The translations under genes and the position numbers were made by a program. 64,000 bases of DNA, from NCBI GenBank assembly GCA_002352545.1, contig DEIO01000017.1:4631-68630 (forward strand). The letters run 5' to 3'. Under the pieces are notes generated by a model. That model was not told the origin of the DNA, made no database searches, and was given only the letters and a program-made list of their open reading frames with translations. Source of the stretch: Patescibacteria group bacterium UBA2772 (GTDB lineage Bacteria; Patescibacteriota; Minisyncoccia; Moranbacterales; DUUL01). How positions within the stretch are numbered: position 1 is the stretch's first letter; the number at the start of each line of letters is the position of its first letter. This document shows, one piece after another, positions 9,132 to 19,838 of this stretch.

Positions 9132-9710
9132 ATGCTAGAGTTAATTAAAAAAATAAGAAATCAAACAGGAGCTGGAGTTATTGATATCAAAAAAGCTTTA
9201 GATGAAGCAAAAGGTGACGAGACAAAGGCGATTGAACTTTTGAGAAAAAGAGGTTTGGAAAAAGCTGATAAAAAAGGAGGAAGAGACGCAAATGAAGGGA
9301 TAATCGCGTCGTATGTTCATTCAAATAATAGGGTTGCTGTTTTAGTTAAATTGCTTTGTGAAACAGATTTTGTTGCTAGGAATGAAGAATTTATTGCTTT
9401 AGGTGAGGATATTGCTATGCATATTGCAGCAATGAGTCCAAAATCAATTTCTTCAGAAGAAGTGCCAGAGGACTTAGTGGAACGAAGCAAGAAAGATTGG
9501 GCAGAAGAACTCTTAAAAGAGAATAAGCCAGCTGAGATTGTTGAAAAAATTATGCTTGGAAAAGAGCAAAAGCTTAGAAATGAAAATGCGTTACTTTCAC
9601 AGTCTTTTGTAAAAAATCCAGACAAGACTGTTGGAGAGCTTATAAAAGAAAAAGCAGGCAAAATGGGTGAGAATATCCAAGTTGGAGAATTTACCAGAAT
9701 AGAGCTATAA
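9132..9710 (+). CDS. tsf: Elongation factor Ts (short form)
   Basis: N-terminal UBA-like LIKKIRNQTGAGVIDIKKALDEAKGD and core LLCETDFVARNEEF. Directly downstream of rpsB. Only 192 aa. Confidence 0.9.
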   Translation: MLELIKKIRNQTGAGVIDIKKALDEAKGDETKAIELLRKRGLEKADKKGGRDANEGIIASYVHSNNRVAVLVKLLCETDFVARNEEFIALGEDIAMHIAAMSPKSISSEEVPEDLVERSKKDWAEELLKENKPAEIVEKIMLGKEQKLRNENALLSQSFVKNPDKTVGELIKEKAGKMGENIQVGEFTRIEL

Positions 9711-9753
9711 TTTAAAAGTAGGTAGGAATTTACCATAACCCCTTATAAACAGT

Positions 9754-10533
9754 ATGATTATTCGATTTTTTGATTGGGATCAGCCAAGAAATGTAACATC
9801 TAACACCACAGGAATTAAAAGAGACGACAAGGTGGTAGTTGAGCATGAGTGGGGGTCTTTTGTGGTAGATGTCATAATTGTTGATAAGAGTGTTGAGGGG
9901 GATGATATAGCAGGAAAAGTTGAGAGAAAGGCTACTCCACAAGATTTGGAAATTACATTGAATTATAAAACAAGGGAAGAGGATATGTTGGCTGAGGCTA
10001 AAAAAGAAACAAGAGTTCTTGATGTTCCTATGAAGATTATTGATGTAAAGATAAGTCTTGATGGTAGTTGCGCTGTGGTTGCTTTTGTTGCTGATGGCAG
10101 AGTTGATTTTAGACAATTAGTTAAGAACCTATCTTCTAGGTACGGTAAATCCATAAGACTTCAGCAAATCGGATCAAGAGATGAAGCTAGGCGTTGTGGA
10201 GGCTATGGTATTTGTGGAAGAGAACTTTGTTGTAGAAAAATGTCAGGTAATTTAAATAGTATTTCTACGGAAATGGCACGTTGTCAGTTTATTTCACATA
10301 GAGGCTCAGAGAGAATCTCTGGCTTATGTGGTAGATTGATGTGCTGTCTTTCCTATGAAGCAAAGCAATATCAGGAAATGATGAAAGAGCTTCCACAAAG
10401 AGGTGATATAGTCGATATTTCTGGTGAAAAGGGAAGAGTGATTGAACAGTTAACTTTAAGCAGGAAGTTGAAAGTTGAACTAGAAGATAAATCAATAGCT
10501 TTTGTTAGTGTCGATGAGATAAAAAAGAAATAA
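9754..10533 (+). CDS. PSP1 C-terminal domain protein (YaaT/RicT-like)
   Basis: Cys-rich PSP1-type region: GICGRELCCRKM...GLCGRLMCCLSYE. Confidence 0.8.
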   Translation: MIIRFFDWDQPRNVTSNTTGIKRDDKVVVEHEWGSFVVDVIIVDKSVEGDDIAGKVERKATPQDLEITLNYKTREEDMLAEAKKETRVLDVPMKIIDVKISLDGSCAVVAFVADGRVDFRQLVKNLSSRYGKSIRLQQIGSRDEARRCGGYGICGRELCCRKMSGNLNSISTEMARCQFISHRGSERISGLCGRLMCCLSYEAKQYQEMMKELPQRGDIVDISGEKGRVIEQLTLSRKLKVELEDKSIAFVSVDEIKKK

Positions 10534-10544
10534 TTTTCTATAAA

Positions 10545-11639
10545 GTGGTAGAAATGGATATACTCAATATTGTATTGATAGTGCTTATTTTCGTCAGTTT
10601 AATAGTGATCATCGCTATTTTTGGTAAGAATTTGAAAAAATTTAAACAGGCTGGAAAAAGTGCGAAACTAAGAAAAGAAATAGGAGCGGGAGATGTTCAG
10701 AAAAAAGGTTTTTCTTTTGGTTTTGTTGCGTCTAAAATTTCAGAGTTTTTTGTGTGGATAGCGGAGACTATTATCAAGGGAGCCAGAAAGGTTTTGCATA
10801 GAGCTCATTCGGGGATTATTGAAATGAAGACAAAAAAGAATGGCAAAAGTTTTAATATAAAAGACACAGACGAAGAGTTGAAGGAAAATATAGAAGAAGA
10901 ATCACCTAAAAATACCTTAGTAAAAAATAAAAGTAAGAGATTTTTCAAACCAACTAATTTCAAAGAAGATAACAATAAGAAAAAGGAAAAAGATAACAAA
11001 CAAGATGATATTGTTAAGGAAGTTAACTTAAAAGAAGAATTTACGAAACAAGATACTACTAAAGAAGGAGCATTGTCTGATTTTTTCCAAAAAAGAAAAA
11101 AAGGAGAGAATCAAGACAGTTTAATTGTCGAGGATAAAACAAAAGACAATATGTCCGAAAATGTTTCTGAGAACAAAAATTTTATTAAAGAAACTAAAGA
11201 AGTTAAAGGAAAAACTAGTTTTTTTAGTAAAATTAATCCATTTAAAAAGGAAGAAAGATTATCTGAAAAAAAGACCTTAATGGAAGAATCGTTTAATGAT
11301 TTTTCTGATGGAGTTAAGAAAGTAGACGAAGGTAGGACTCAAGATGAGCAAGATCTCATTAATGGAGTTGTTCGTTCAAGAAAGATTTCTAAAAAAGAAG
11401 TGAACGATGATGATGCACTTGGCGTTGATAGAAAGATTTTGGAAAAAAAGATTCTTCAGAAGATAGCAACGAATCCAAGGGACATGGAAAGTTACAGGCA
11501 ATTAGGGGAATTATATATTAAGATGGAAAATTTTGATGATGCACAAAGTGCATATAAGTTTATTCTGGAAGTCTCTGCTCGTGATATTGATGCGACTAGG
11601 AAATTGGAAAAAATAAAATTATTAAAAAGGTTGAAATAG
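10545..11639 (+). CDS. Hypothetical membrane-anchored protein with C-terminal TPR-like motif
   Basis: N-terminal helix ILNIVLIVLIFVSLIVIIAIF, a long K/E/D-rich linker, and C-terminal YRQLGELYIKMENFDDAQSAYKFILE. GTG 10545 or ATG 10554 start. Confidence 0.7.
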   Translation: MVEMDILNIVLIVLIFVSLIVIIAIFGKNLKKFKQAGKSAKLRKEIGAGDVQKKGFSFGFVASKISEFFVWIAETIIKGARKVLHRAHSGIIEMKTKKNGKSFNIKDTDEELKENIEEESPKNTLVKNKSKRFFKPTNFKEDNNKKKEKDNKQDDIVKEVNLKEEFTKQDTTKEGALSDFFQKRKKGENQDSLIVEDKTKDNMSENVSENKNFIKETKEVKGKTSFFSKINPFKKEERLSEKKTLMEESFNDFSDGVKKVDEGRTQDEQDLINGVVRSRKISKKEVNDDDALGVDRKILEKKILQKIATNPRDMESYRQLGELYIKMENFDDAQSAYKFILEVSARDIDATRKLEKIKLLKRLK

Positions 11640-11704
11640 TCTATAAAGACAGGATAAATGCTTATCGATGGGCATTGACTTTTTGTTTTATTTGAAATAT
11701 AATT

Positions 11705-11777
11705 GCCGATGTAACTCAGTTGGTAGAGTAACTCCATGGTAAGGAGTAAGTCCGCGGTTCAAATCCGCGTATCGGCT
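11705..11777 (+). tRNA. tRNA-Thr (anticodon GGU)
   Basis: Hand-folded 73-nt cloverleaf: acceptor GCCGATG/TATCGGC, anticodon stem ACTCC/GGAGT with loop ATGGTAA, T-loop TTCAAAT. No encoded CCA. Confidence 0.9.
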
Positions 11778-11807
11778 CAGAAAAAAGATGTTTACAAAAT
11801 TAATGAT

Positions 11808-11890
11808 GGGTCGGTGGCAGAGTGGTCAAATGCACCTGACTGTAAATCAGGCGGCGAAAGCCTACGGGAGTTCAAATCTCTCCCGGCCCA
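11808..11890 (+). tRNA. tRNA-Tyr (anticodon GUA), class II with long variable arm
   Basis: 83 nt. Anticodon stem CCTGA/TCAGG with loop CTGTAAA, 14-nt variable arm, T-loop TTCAAAT. No encoded CCA. Confidence 0.9.
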
Positions 11891-11909
11891 CATAAAATAG
11901 AATATAACT

Positions 11910-11984
<75 letters not shown>

Positions 11985-11985
<1 letters not shown>

Positions 11986-12010
11986 AAAAAACACCCTCAA
12001 GGGGTGTTTT
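11985..12010. terminator. Bidirectional terminator between the tRNA cluster and rnj
   Basis: A6-ACACCC-TCAAG-GGGTGT-TTTT, sitting between convergent units. Confidence 0.7.
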
Positions 12011-12071
12011 ATCTTATGCAAATACTCGTTCTATTTTGTAGAATAGTTTTTATTTAGAAGTGTATCGTAGA

Positions 12072-13871
12072 TTAAACTTCGATAATAACTGGAAGTACCA
12101 TTGGTCTTCGTTGAGTTTTTTGGAACAAAAATTGTCCAAGATCATCACGAATACTATTTTTGATGTAATCCCAATTTGGTGTTGCTTCTTTAGATGTAGA
12201 TTTGTTTATAATTGTCTTTACACGCTTTTTTGTAGCGTTTACTAAGTCAAAGTTCTCTTTGACATAAATAAACCCTCTAGAGGTGACTTGAGGCTCTCCA
12301 ATAACTTCCCTGGTCTTTCTTTCAATTATAGTAACGATTGTAAACATTCCATCTTCTGCCAAGAGCTGTCTGTCTCGCAATACTACATTTCCAACATCTC
12401 CAACCCCAAGACCATCGACCATAACATATGAGCTAGGTACTTTTTCTTGAGATGGAACTCTGTTTCCATTCTTATCAAATTCAAGTACAAGTCCATTCTC
12501 TCCAAGCACAATCTTATCGTCTGCCATTTTCATCATTTTCCCAAGATCTCCATGTACTTTTCGCATGTAGTAGGTTCCATGAGCAGGAATAAGGTATTTA
12601 GGTCTCACTAAGTTGATCATCATTTTCAGATCTTCTTGTGCTCCATGTCCACCAGAGTGAATATCCATCATCTTGTAATGCATAACTTCAGCTCCTTTTT
12701 TATAAAGAGTATCCTTCATTCCCTGAACAGTCCTTTCGTTTCCTGGAATAACCGATGAAGAAAAAACAACAGTATCTCCTTTGTGAATTTTAACAAAACG
12801 ATGTTCGTTGTTAATAATTCTCATGAGAACAGCATTTCCTTCTCCTTGTGCACCTGTGCACATGATAGCTACTTTATGGTCTGGATAATTATTTACTTGT
12901 TTTATATCAATAAAAGTTGAACTTTTGGCATTGATATAACCAAGCTTTCTTGCTATTTCAACATTATTTCTCATTGAGTATCCATCTACTGCAAGTTTTC
13001 TTCCATATTGTTCAGCAACTTCAGCAATTTGCTGGATACGACTGATAAGTGATGAAAATGTTGCGGTGATGACTCTTCCCTTTGCTTTTTCAAAAATTGA
13101 TTCAATTCCTTTACGTATTTCAGACTCAGAAACACTATAACCAGGTTTTGTAGAGTCTGTACTATCTGATAGCAACGCAAGAACTCCTTCTGAGCCAAGT
13201 CGTGCAATTTTAGCAATATCTGCTGGTGCATCATTTACAGGAGAATGATCAAATTTGAAATCTCCAGTATGAATTGCTGTTCCACATGGTGTGTGAATGG
13301 CTAGTCCAATTGAGTCTGGGATCGAATGATTCACGTGAAAAAATTCAATTTTGAATTCTCCTAGAGTTAAACGATCAATTTTTCTAACTGTTTTAACGTT
13401 CAATGGGGCATGTTGTTTATAATCCTCTTGTCTTTTGAGAATCATAGCTCTTGTTAGCTCTGTTGTGTAAATTGGGGGATTCCCAATTTCTGGCATGATA
13501 TGAGGAATTCCCCCGATATGATCAAAGTGTCCATGAGTGATAATTACCCCACGAATTTTTTTTCTATTTTTTTTCAAGTACTCAATATTTGGGATAATAT
13601 AATCAATTCCCATCATGTCTTCTTCTGGAAACATAAGTCCCATATCAACAATAACAATATCATTTCCATATTCAAAGATTGTCATGTTTCGACCAATCTC
13701 TTCAAATCCGCCCAATGGAATGATTCTGAAATTACCTTTGTTTTTAGAGATCTGATCTTTTGTAGGTGCTATTTTTTTTCTTGCTACGAAAGGTTTCTTT
13801 TTCAGATATACCTTTTTGTTTGTAGCAGTAACAGGGATAGTAGCTTTCTCTGGTGTTTTTTTATTTATCAT
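12072..13871 (-). CDS. rnj: Ribonuclease J
   Basis: Metallo-beta-lactamase motif HGHFDHIGG, a beta-CASP region and a C-terminal domain. 599 aa. Confidence 0.92.
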   Translation of the reverse strand: MINKKTPEKATIPVTATNKKVYLKKKPFVARKKIAPTKDQISKNKGNFRIIPLGGFEEIGRNMTIFEYGNDIVIVDMGLMFPEEDMMGIDYIIPNIEYLKKNRKKIRGVIITHGHFDHIGGIPHIMPEIGNPPIYTTELTRAMILKRQEDYKQHAPLNVKTVRKIDRLTLGEFKIEFFHVNHSIPDSIGLAIHTPCGTAIHTGDFKFDHSPVNDAPADIAKIARLGSEGVLALLSDSTDSTKPGYSVSESEIRKGIESIFEKAKGRVITATFSSLISRIQQIAEVAEQYGRKLAVDGYSMRNNVEIARKLGYINAKSSTFIDIKQVNNYPDHKVAIMCTGAQGEGNAVLMRIINNEHRFVKIHKGDTVVFSSSVIPGNERTVQGMKDTLYKKGAEVMHYKMMDIHSGGHGAQEDLKMMINLVRPKYLIPAHGTYYMRKVHGDLGKMMKMADDKIVLGENGLVLEFDKNGNRVPSQEKVPSSYVMVDGLGVGDVGNVVLRDRQLLAEDGMFTIVTIIERKTREVIGEPQVTSRGFIYVKENFDLVNATKKRVKTIINKSTSKEATPNWDYIKNSIRDDLGQFLFQKTQRRPMVLPVIIEV

Positions 13872-14182
13872 TTTGTTTAAATTAGAATATTTTAATTAAT
13901 AATTATACACAAAAAATTTAAATAATTTATTGTGTTTTTTGTAAAATCAAAGACTTAACAAAACTTTCATTTTGAAATTAGAAAACTATGTAATTTTATT
14001 TTTAAGTATTTCGCAACACTTAATAGTTTTCAAAAGATTTACGAAAGAGCAACCAATATTCAAATGTTTTCATGTGAAGGTAGCTCTAGTCTTAGCGTTT
14101 ATCACGAACATTTGTTCTTTGCAAAGCTTTGAGAGACAAACCGTAAAAATAAGTACGGTTTGCTACTCAAAACCTAAAAAGT

Positions 14183-15187
14183 TTATTCTTCTAGCATTTT
14201 TTTTAAATCCTCTACCATATCAACAGGGGTTGGGTCTTGATCATACTCATATGCTAAATAATATGAAATCCAATCTCCTAGGATAAAGATATTTACTAGC
14301 TTTTCTAGGTAAGATGTTCCTTCAATTTGAATAATTTCAGCTTCTAATCCCTTTTCTTCATACAATCGTTTAGTAATCATCATTCTTTTTTTTATATGAG
14401 GATGATCATTCTCATCTTCAAACATCAAAACAAAGAATTTTCCTTGAGGGTTGGTGAACCCAACCATTTCATTGTGACTTAGCTCTGGGAAATAATTCCA
14501 GAAAGCAGGAGTTTTGGAATTTTCGTTGATTTTGATTTTAAGCATTTTGGCTCCGATCTTGAAACGATCGGAGGCGTAAATAATAGGCGTCCTGCCTTTT
14601 ATTTTTTTTGCTATTTCTTCACCAGAAATCTCAAGTTCTCTGCTATTAATAGTTGGAAGATTCTTTACAGTATCAGATAATCCAAGTTTTGTCAACACTT
14701 CGTTCATTGCAACGAGTGCATAGGTAGTTGCATACCTAGGCTGGAAACCTTCAAAATTCATTACATATTTGACGAGAGGTACATTGTTTTCTAGCGAAAT
14801 TTTTTCAACTTTTCCACCAGAAGCGAAGGACACAATTGTGGCTCCTAACTCCAGTGCCTCATGGAAGCAGTCTATTGTTTCTTCGGTGTTTCCTGAATAA
14901 GACGAAATAAAGATCAAAGAATCTTTGGTTGCCGCTTTTGGTAAGTTGTAGGTTCTTTGAACATAAAGGGGTAATGAAAATCTAACTTCTTTTGAATTAA
15001 GAAAAGAATTTAGTAACTCGCCAGGGTGCCCAGATCCACCCATTCCACAAATAATTAGATTTGAGTAGTTTTTCGGTAATTCTCCTAGATCTACCTTCTC
15101 TACAAACTCTTTTCCTAGTTCTAATTGATTAGGATACTCTAGAATCACTCGACGCATATCATATTTGTCGAAGTTTTCTTTTGGCAT
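14183..15187 (-). CDS. SIS-domain bifunctional phosphoglucose/phosphomannose isomerase-like protein
   Basis: SIS motif ICGMGGSGHPGE and ISSYSGNTEET. Length and C-terminal region match PGI/PMI-type isomerases. Confidence 0.7.
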   Translation of the reverse strand: MPKENFDKYDMRRVILEYPNQLELGKEFVEKVDLGELPKNYSNLIICGMGGSGHPGELLNSFLNSKEVRFSLPLYVQRTYNLPKAATKDSLIFISSYSGNTEETIDCFHEALELGATIVSFASGGKVEKISLENNVPLVKYVMNFEGFQPRYATTYALVAMNEVLTKLGLSDTVKNLPTINSRELEISGEEIAKKIKGRTPIIYASDRFKIGAKMLKIKINENSKTPAFWNYFPELSHNEMVGFTNPQGKFFVLMFEDENDHPHIKKRMMITKRLYEEKGLEAEIIQIEGTSYLEKLVNIFILGDWISYYLAYEYDQDPTPVDMVEDLKKMLEE

Positions 15188-15218
15188 AGCGTATTAGTTA
15201 ATTTTTATGCTTTTAATA

Positions 15219-16934
15219 TTATTTCTTTTTCTTTCTGATTGTTTTTATATACCATTTATTGATATCAGTGAAACGATAAGATAGATTTACTATAGCAGCA
15301 GTTTCGTTGCCTTTTATTTTTGAATTTGTGATATAAACAAATTGTGGGCTACATATGAATAGTGCTGGAGCATCATTTAGGAGTTTGTTTTCGAATTCAG
15401 CGTATTTACTTTTTCTTTCTTCAAGTGAGATATTTCCTCGAGCGTCACTTAGTAATTTATCAACTTCTTCATTTTCATAAAGTGCAAAATTTTGTCCAGG
15501 ATTCTTTTTTCTTGAAGAATGCCAAAAGAAAAAAGGATCAGGATCATTACCAATATAAGGCTGACCATAAAGAACTGATTGATATTCACGTGGAGTAATT
15601 GCATTTTTAAAGGCTAAATCCTCGAGATAAGAGAGTTCTACTTGTACACCAATTTTTTCCCATTGTGCTTTTAAAGATTCTGCTGTTTTTGTATAAGATG
15701 GATATTCAGCATGCACGGTTAGTTTTATGTTAAGTGTTCCCTCATCTTTCTTTCTAGTCCCATCTTCTTGTTTTTTCCAACCAGTGTTTTCTAGTAACTC
15801 TTCAGCCTTTTTTGGATCAAAAGGATATTTTTCTGCCTGAGTTGTTGTGAAGTCTCCAAACTCTGGAATTATTGGAGAAAAGACTGGAAGTGCATATCCC
15901 ATAAAGAAACCATCAATAATTTCCTGTCGATTTGTTCCGTGTATTAAAGCCTTTCTCACCTCAACGTCGGCAAGTGGAACAGATTTTGTTTGATTGAAAT
16001 ATGTTGCAAAATATTGAGAAGTTTTCAGTACATGTAAATTAGTATCGTTCCTTTGTGAGAAATTATCAATTTCTTCGTATGGTAATGCTGTTAAGCCATT
16101 AATTTCCTTTTTTTTGTATGCTTCGTATAAACTTTCTTTATCACTATAGAAGTCAAAGTTTATTTTTTCTAAGAAAGGTTTTCCAGCGTGGTAGTTTGAG
16201 TTTGCTAAGAGTTGATATGATATAATATTTCCTTCGTCATCTTGCTCGTAGTGTGTAAACACAAAAGGTCCAGAGCCAACTGGTTTCAAGTTAAATTCAC
16301 TTAAAAGAAATTTATCACTAGTGATGTTTTTGAAAATATGTTGTGGAAGAATTCCAAAAGTTGTTTTATTTAGAAAAGATGCACTAGCTTCTTTTAATTT
16401 GAAGCTTATAGTGTAGTCGTTTTCAACCTCAACCTCAACCTCTTGCCAATCTCCTCTCAGGACAAGAGGGGCATTAAATAGTTTGTTCTTGATGATTTCT
16501 ATTGTGAATGCAATGTCCTCTGCTGTTAACTCAGTATCATCGTGCCATTTTATACCCTTTTTTATCTCAAAAGTATATTTTTTGCCATCTTCTTCAATGC
16601 GATAATTTTCTGTAATATCATTAATCAGTGCACCGTTTGAGTCATATGTCATTAGCGATGAGAAAATTAACCTTGTTATAGCAAGGTCGGTTTCATTTGT
16701 TGGTGCAAGCACGGGATTTATATAACTAGGTTGACCGATAATTCCTTCGGTATATTCACCTCCAATAGCCGGTACTTCTTCTGTTGCGGCCACATAGTAA
16801 CGGAAAGCCCAAGTCAAAATAGATCCAACAAGAATAAATACTGCTAGATATAGAAAAAATTTTTCTTTTTTAGATAAAACTGAACCAAAATTTTTCAATT
16901 GATCAGGAAACGAAAAGCGTAACTGCTTTGACAT
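15219..16934 (-). CDS. ABC transporter substrate-binding protein, family 5 (peptide/nickel type)
   Basis: N-terminal anchor helix followed by typical SBP_bac_5 sequence (KGIKWHDD...TAEDIAFT, GSGPFVF). No partner permease or ATPase genes adjacent. Confidence 0.85.
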   Translation of the reverse strand: MSKQLRFSFPDQLKNFGSVLSKKEKFFLYLAVFILVGSILTWAFRYYVAATEEVPAIGGEYTEGIIGQPSYINPVLAPTNETDLAITRLIFSSLMTYDSNGALINDITENYRIEEDGKKYTFEIKKGIKWHDDTELTAEDIAFTIEIIKNKLFNAPLVLRGDWQEVEVEVENDYTISFKLKEASASFLNKTTFGILPQHIFKNITSDKFLLSEFNLKPVGSGPFVFTHYEQDDEGNIISYQLLANSNYHAGKPFLEKINFDFYSDKESLYEAYKKKEINGLTALPYEEIDNFSQRNDTNLHVLKTSQYFATYFNQTKSVPLADVEVRKALIHGTNRQEIIDGFFMGYALPVFSPIIPEFGDFTTTQAEKYPFDPKKAEELLENTGWKKQEDGTRKKDEGTLNIKLTVHAEYPSYTKTAESLKAQWEKIGVQVELSYLEDLAFKNAITPREYQSVLYGQPYIGNDPDPFFFWHSSRKKNPGQNFALYENEEVDKLLSDARGNISLEERKSKYAEFENKLLNDAPALFICSPQFVYITNSKIKGNETAAIVNLSYRFTDINKWYIKTIRKKKK

Positions 16935-17010
16935 TCTTATTTTTTAATCCATTAAAGATATATGAGTTCCTAGGAACTCCAAATATCCCTTTGCAATCAA
17001 AGTATAAAAA

Positions 17011-17247
17011 CTATACGGTTGCACCGTTTGCGGAGACAATGATAGTTGTTAGTGCATTTATTATAAATAAAGCACCAAGGACACCAGAAGAAACAAAAAG
17101 AAACTTTTCGATTCCTCTTTTAGTATAGAATCCACTGAAATCCCCACCAAATGCAGCAGAAAGACCAGATCCTCTATTTTGAAGTAACACAGAAATTATA
17201 AGTAAAACCGAAATCACGATTTGACTATAGGTTAGAAAACTTTCCAT
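17011..17247 (-). CDS. secG: Preprotein translocase subunit SecG
   Basis: 78 aa, two TM helices, signature LLQNRGSGLSAAFGG. Confidence 0.85.
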   Translation of the reverse strand: MESFLTYSQIVISVLLIISVLLQNRGSGLSAAFGGDFSGFYTKRGIEKFLFVSSGVLGALFIINALTTIIVSANGATV

Positions 17248-17258
17248 TTTGAGTATGT

Positions 17259-17612
17259 TTATTTATCTGAGAATGCGTTGATAAAAGAGTTTACAAGACT
17301 AATAATCAAAACTCCCCAAAGCGCAGACCAGAAACTATTAATTGTAAAAAAGTCAAAGGCACTAGCAACGAAATATAATAATCCAATGTTGATTATTACC
17401 ACAAAAGCCCCTAGTGATAGGAATATTAAGGGTAATGACAAAAGCTTAACAGCCGGCTTTATTAGCGCGTTTACTAGGCCAAGTAATGCCCCAGCTTTCA
17501 GTAAATTGATAAAATTTGTTTCAAATGTAATACCAGAAATAAACCAAGCTGCAATATAAATTGCAATTGCATTACTGATGATGTGGAAACAAATTTTCTT
17601 AAAAAAGGACAT
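17259..17612 (-). CDS. DUF360 / holin superfamily IV-like 4-TM membrane protein
   Basis: GLVNALIKPAVKLLSLPLIFLSLGAFVVIINIGLLYF matches the DUF360 pattern. Start placed at MSFFKK (17612) inside listed ORF 17259..17657. Confidence 0.6.
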   Translation of the reverse strand: MSFFKKICFHIISNAIAIYIAAWFISGITFETNFINLLKAGALLGLVNALIKPAVKLLSLPLIFLSLGAFVVIINIGLLYFVASAFDFFTINSFWSALWGVLIISLVNSFINAFSDK

Positions 17613-17766
17613 AACCTTATTTTCTAAAAGCTTTATTTTATAGTCTTTTGGTTTCAAGATAAAACATCTTGTAACATTTAGACTTTAACAAAATCAGGTT
17701 TAAAAGTCAATTGACTCAGTAGGGTTTTTATATTACAGTAAGGGGACTAAAAATCCTAGAAAAAGA

Positions 17767-19746
17767 ATGAAGTTTAAGCTAGTTTCTGATTATAATCCAG
17801 CAGGAGATCAACCAGTCGCAATTGATAAATTGACGAAGGGTTTTTTTGCTGGAAAAAAGAAACAGATATTGGTTGGAGTGACAGGCTCTGGTAAAACTTT
17901 TACTATTGCGAATGTTATTGAAAAAATTCAAAAACCAACACTTGTTATTGCTCATAATAAAACTCTAGCAGCTCAACTAGTTAGTGAATTTCGTCAATTT
18001 TTTCCAAATAATGCAGTGGAATATTTTGTTTCATACTATGATTATTATCAACCAGAGGCATATATGCCAAATCAAGATGTTTTTATTGAGAAAGATCTTG
18101 AAATTAATGAAGAAATTGATAAATTAAGACACTCAGCAACTGCTGCGCTAATCTCTAGAAAAGATGTGATAGTTGTCGCTAGCGTTTCTTGTATCTATGG
18201 TTTGGGATCCCCGGAGTTCTATGAAAAGAAGGTTATTACATTAAAGGTTGGACAAAAAATAGAGCGAAAAGAGATTCTTAAAAGATTGATTAGCCTTCAA
18301 TATTCTAGGAGTGAGGTTTTGTTACGAGGAAAATTTTGTTTACATGGTGAAACTTTTGAAATCATGAGACCAGATAAAGAAATTATCATAAGAGTAGAGC
18401 TTAAGAATGGTGAGGTGATAAGGGTATATGAGTATAATCATATGACGGGGAAAGTGGTCCAGCCAGATATGAGTGAAACACTAATCTTTCCAGCCAAGCA
18501 CTTTGTTGCGCCAGAAGATGTCTTACACGATTCAGTTAAGAGCATTCGGGATGAAATGAAAGAAAGAGTTGATTATTTTGAAAAAAAAGGCAAAATAGTT
18601 GAAGCCGAAAGAATTAGAAGAAGGATTAATTTTGACACAGAACTTATTGAAGAAATTGGATATTGTAGTGGAATTGAGAACTATTCACTATATTTAAGCG
18701 GAAGGAAAACAGGAGAGGCACCATATACCTTGATGGATTATTTTAGTGATGATTTTCTAACAATAATTGATGAATCTCATGTTACAATGCCTCAGGTGCG
18801 GGCAATGTATGAAGGAGACTATTCTCGAAAAAAGAACTTGATCGAGTTTGGTTTTCGCTTACCAAGTGCATATGACAATCGTCCTTTGAAATTTGAAGAG
18901 TTTGAGAAGAAGCTTAAAGATACAATTTTTATGTCAGCTACACCGGCTAATTATGAACTAGAAAAAGCAGAAGTGGAGAATGTAGAGCAAATTGTAAGGC
19001 CGACTGGATTGTTAGATCCTTCTATAGAAATTAAACCATGCAAAAATCAGGTTAGGGATGTTATCGCTCAAATAAAACCTCGAGCAAAGAAAAATGAAAG
19101 GGTTTTAATTACTACACTGACTAAAAAAATGGCAGAGGATCTGTCTGAATATTTAAAAGAAGAAGATGGAATAAAATCAGAATATTTACATAGTGGAGTA
19201 GATACATTGGATAGAGTCAGGGTTTTAGAAGACCTACGTCTAGGTGAAATAGATGTTCTAGTTGGTGTGAATCTTCTAAGGGAAGGACTGGATTTACCGG
19301 AAGTTTCATTGGTGGCTATTTTGGACGCTGATAAAGAGGGGTTTTTGAGAAGTGAGACATCATTGGTTCAAACAATTGGTAGAGCTGCGCGAAATGTTAA
19401 TGGGAAAGTTATTTTGTATGCTGATTCAGTTACAAAATCGATGAAAAAGGCAATTGATGAAACTTCTCGTAGAAGGAAAAAGCAATTTGAGTTTAATAAA
19501 AAGCACAATATTATACCGCAAACAATCAAGAAGGATATCAAGTCAATTGTTTATAGAGAAGTGGAAAACTCAGATTATAAAAATAATGATCCAGTTCTAA
19601 AACTGGAGTCACCCGAAGAAATTGAGAAATATTTGAAATTAAGAGAATTTGAAATGAAAGAAGCAGCAAAACAACTTGAATTTGAAAGAGCTGCGGTTAT
19701 TAGAGATGAAGTAAATAAGCTTAGAAAAATGATTTTAAAAAAATAA
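17767..19746 (+). CDS. uvrB: Excinuclease ABC subunit B
   Basis: Walker [13 protein letters not shown] box (IIDESHVT), helicase motifs and the C-terminal UVR domain ([16 protein letters not shown]). Confidence 0.97.
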   Translation: MKFKLVSDYNPAGDQPVAIDKLTKGFFAGKKKQILVGVTGSGKTFTIANVIEKIQKPTLVIAHNKTLAAQLVSEFRQFFPNNAVEYFVSYYDYYQPEAYMPNQDVFIEKDLEINEEIDKLRHSATAALISRKDVIVVASVSCIYGLGSPEFYEKKVITLKVGQKIERKEILKRLISLQYSRSEVLLRGKFCLHGETFEIMRPDKEIIIRVELKNGEVIRVYEYNHMTGKVVQPDMSETLIFPAKHFVAPEDVLHDSVKSIRDEMKERVDYFEKKGKIVEAERIRRRINFDTELIEEIGYCSGIENYSLYLSGRKTGEAPYTLMDYFSDDFLTIIDESHVTMPQVRAMYEGDYSRKKNLIEFGFRLPSAYDNRPLKFEEFEKKLKDTIFMSATPANYELEKAEVENVEQIVRPTGLLDPSIEIKPCKNQVRDVIAQIKPRAKKNERVLITTLTKKMAEDLSEYLKEEDGIKSEYLHSGVDTLDRVRVLEDLRLGEIDVLVGVNLLREGLDLPEVSLVAILDADKEGFLRSETSLVQTIGRAARNVNGKVILYADSVTKSMKKAIDETSRRRKKQFEFNKKHNIIPQTIKKDIKSIVYREVENSDYKNNDPVLKLESPEEIEKYLKLREFEMKEAAKQLEFERAAVIRDEVNKLRKMILKK

Positions 19747-19838
19747 AGAGAGTTTAATATATTTGAGATTGAAAATAGTGACTTTTTAGTGTAAGATAGA
19801 GAAAGAATTATAGGGCAAATCGTTTGTGAATATAAAAA

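Noticed and set aside
11675-11703. Textbook TTGACT-17-TATAAT promoter just upstream of the tRNA-Thr/Tyr/Thr cluster.
   Set aside because: The -10 hexamer ends only 1 nt before tRNA position +1 (11705). A normal start site 5-9 nt downstream would fall inside the acceptor stem. It cannot produce an intact tRNA-Thr(GGU), so it is probably a chance match in AT-rich DNA, or it serves some other purpose.
14137-14162. 9-bp hairpin CAAACCGTA/TACGGTTTG downstream of the isomerase gene, considered as an intrinsic terminator.
   Set aside because: No U-tract follows on either strand, so I did not annotate it as a terminator. It may still be a processing or stability element.
13972-14286. 104-aa plus-strand ORF in the rnj/isomerase intergenic region, plus other short ORFs in gaps (2306..2503, 2628..2843, 25817..26083, 41202..41420).
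   Set aside because: These ORFs overlap the 3' or 5' ends of well-supported genes or run through hairpins. They have no SD or motifs and give hydrophobic, low-complexity translations typical of AT-rich noise.
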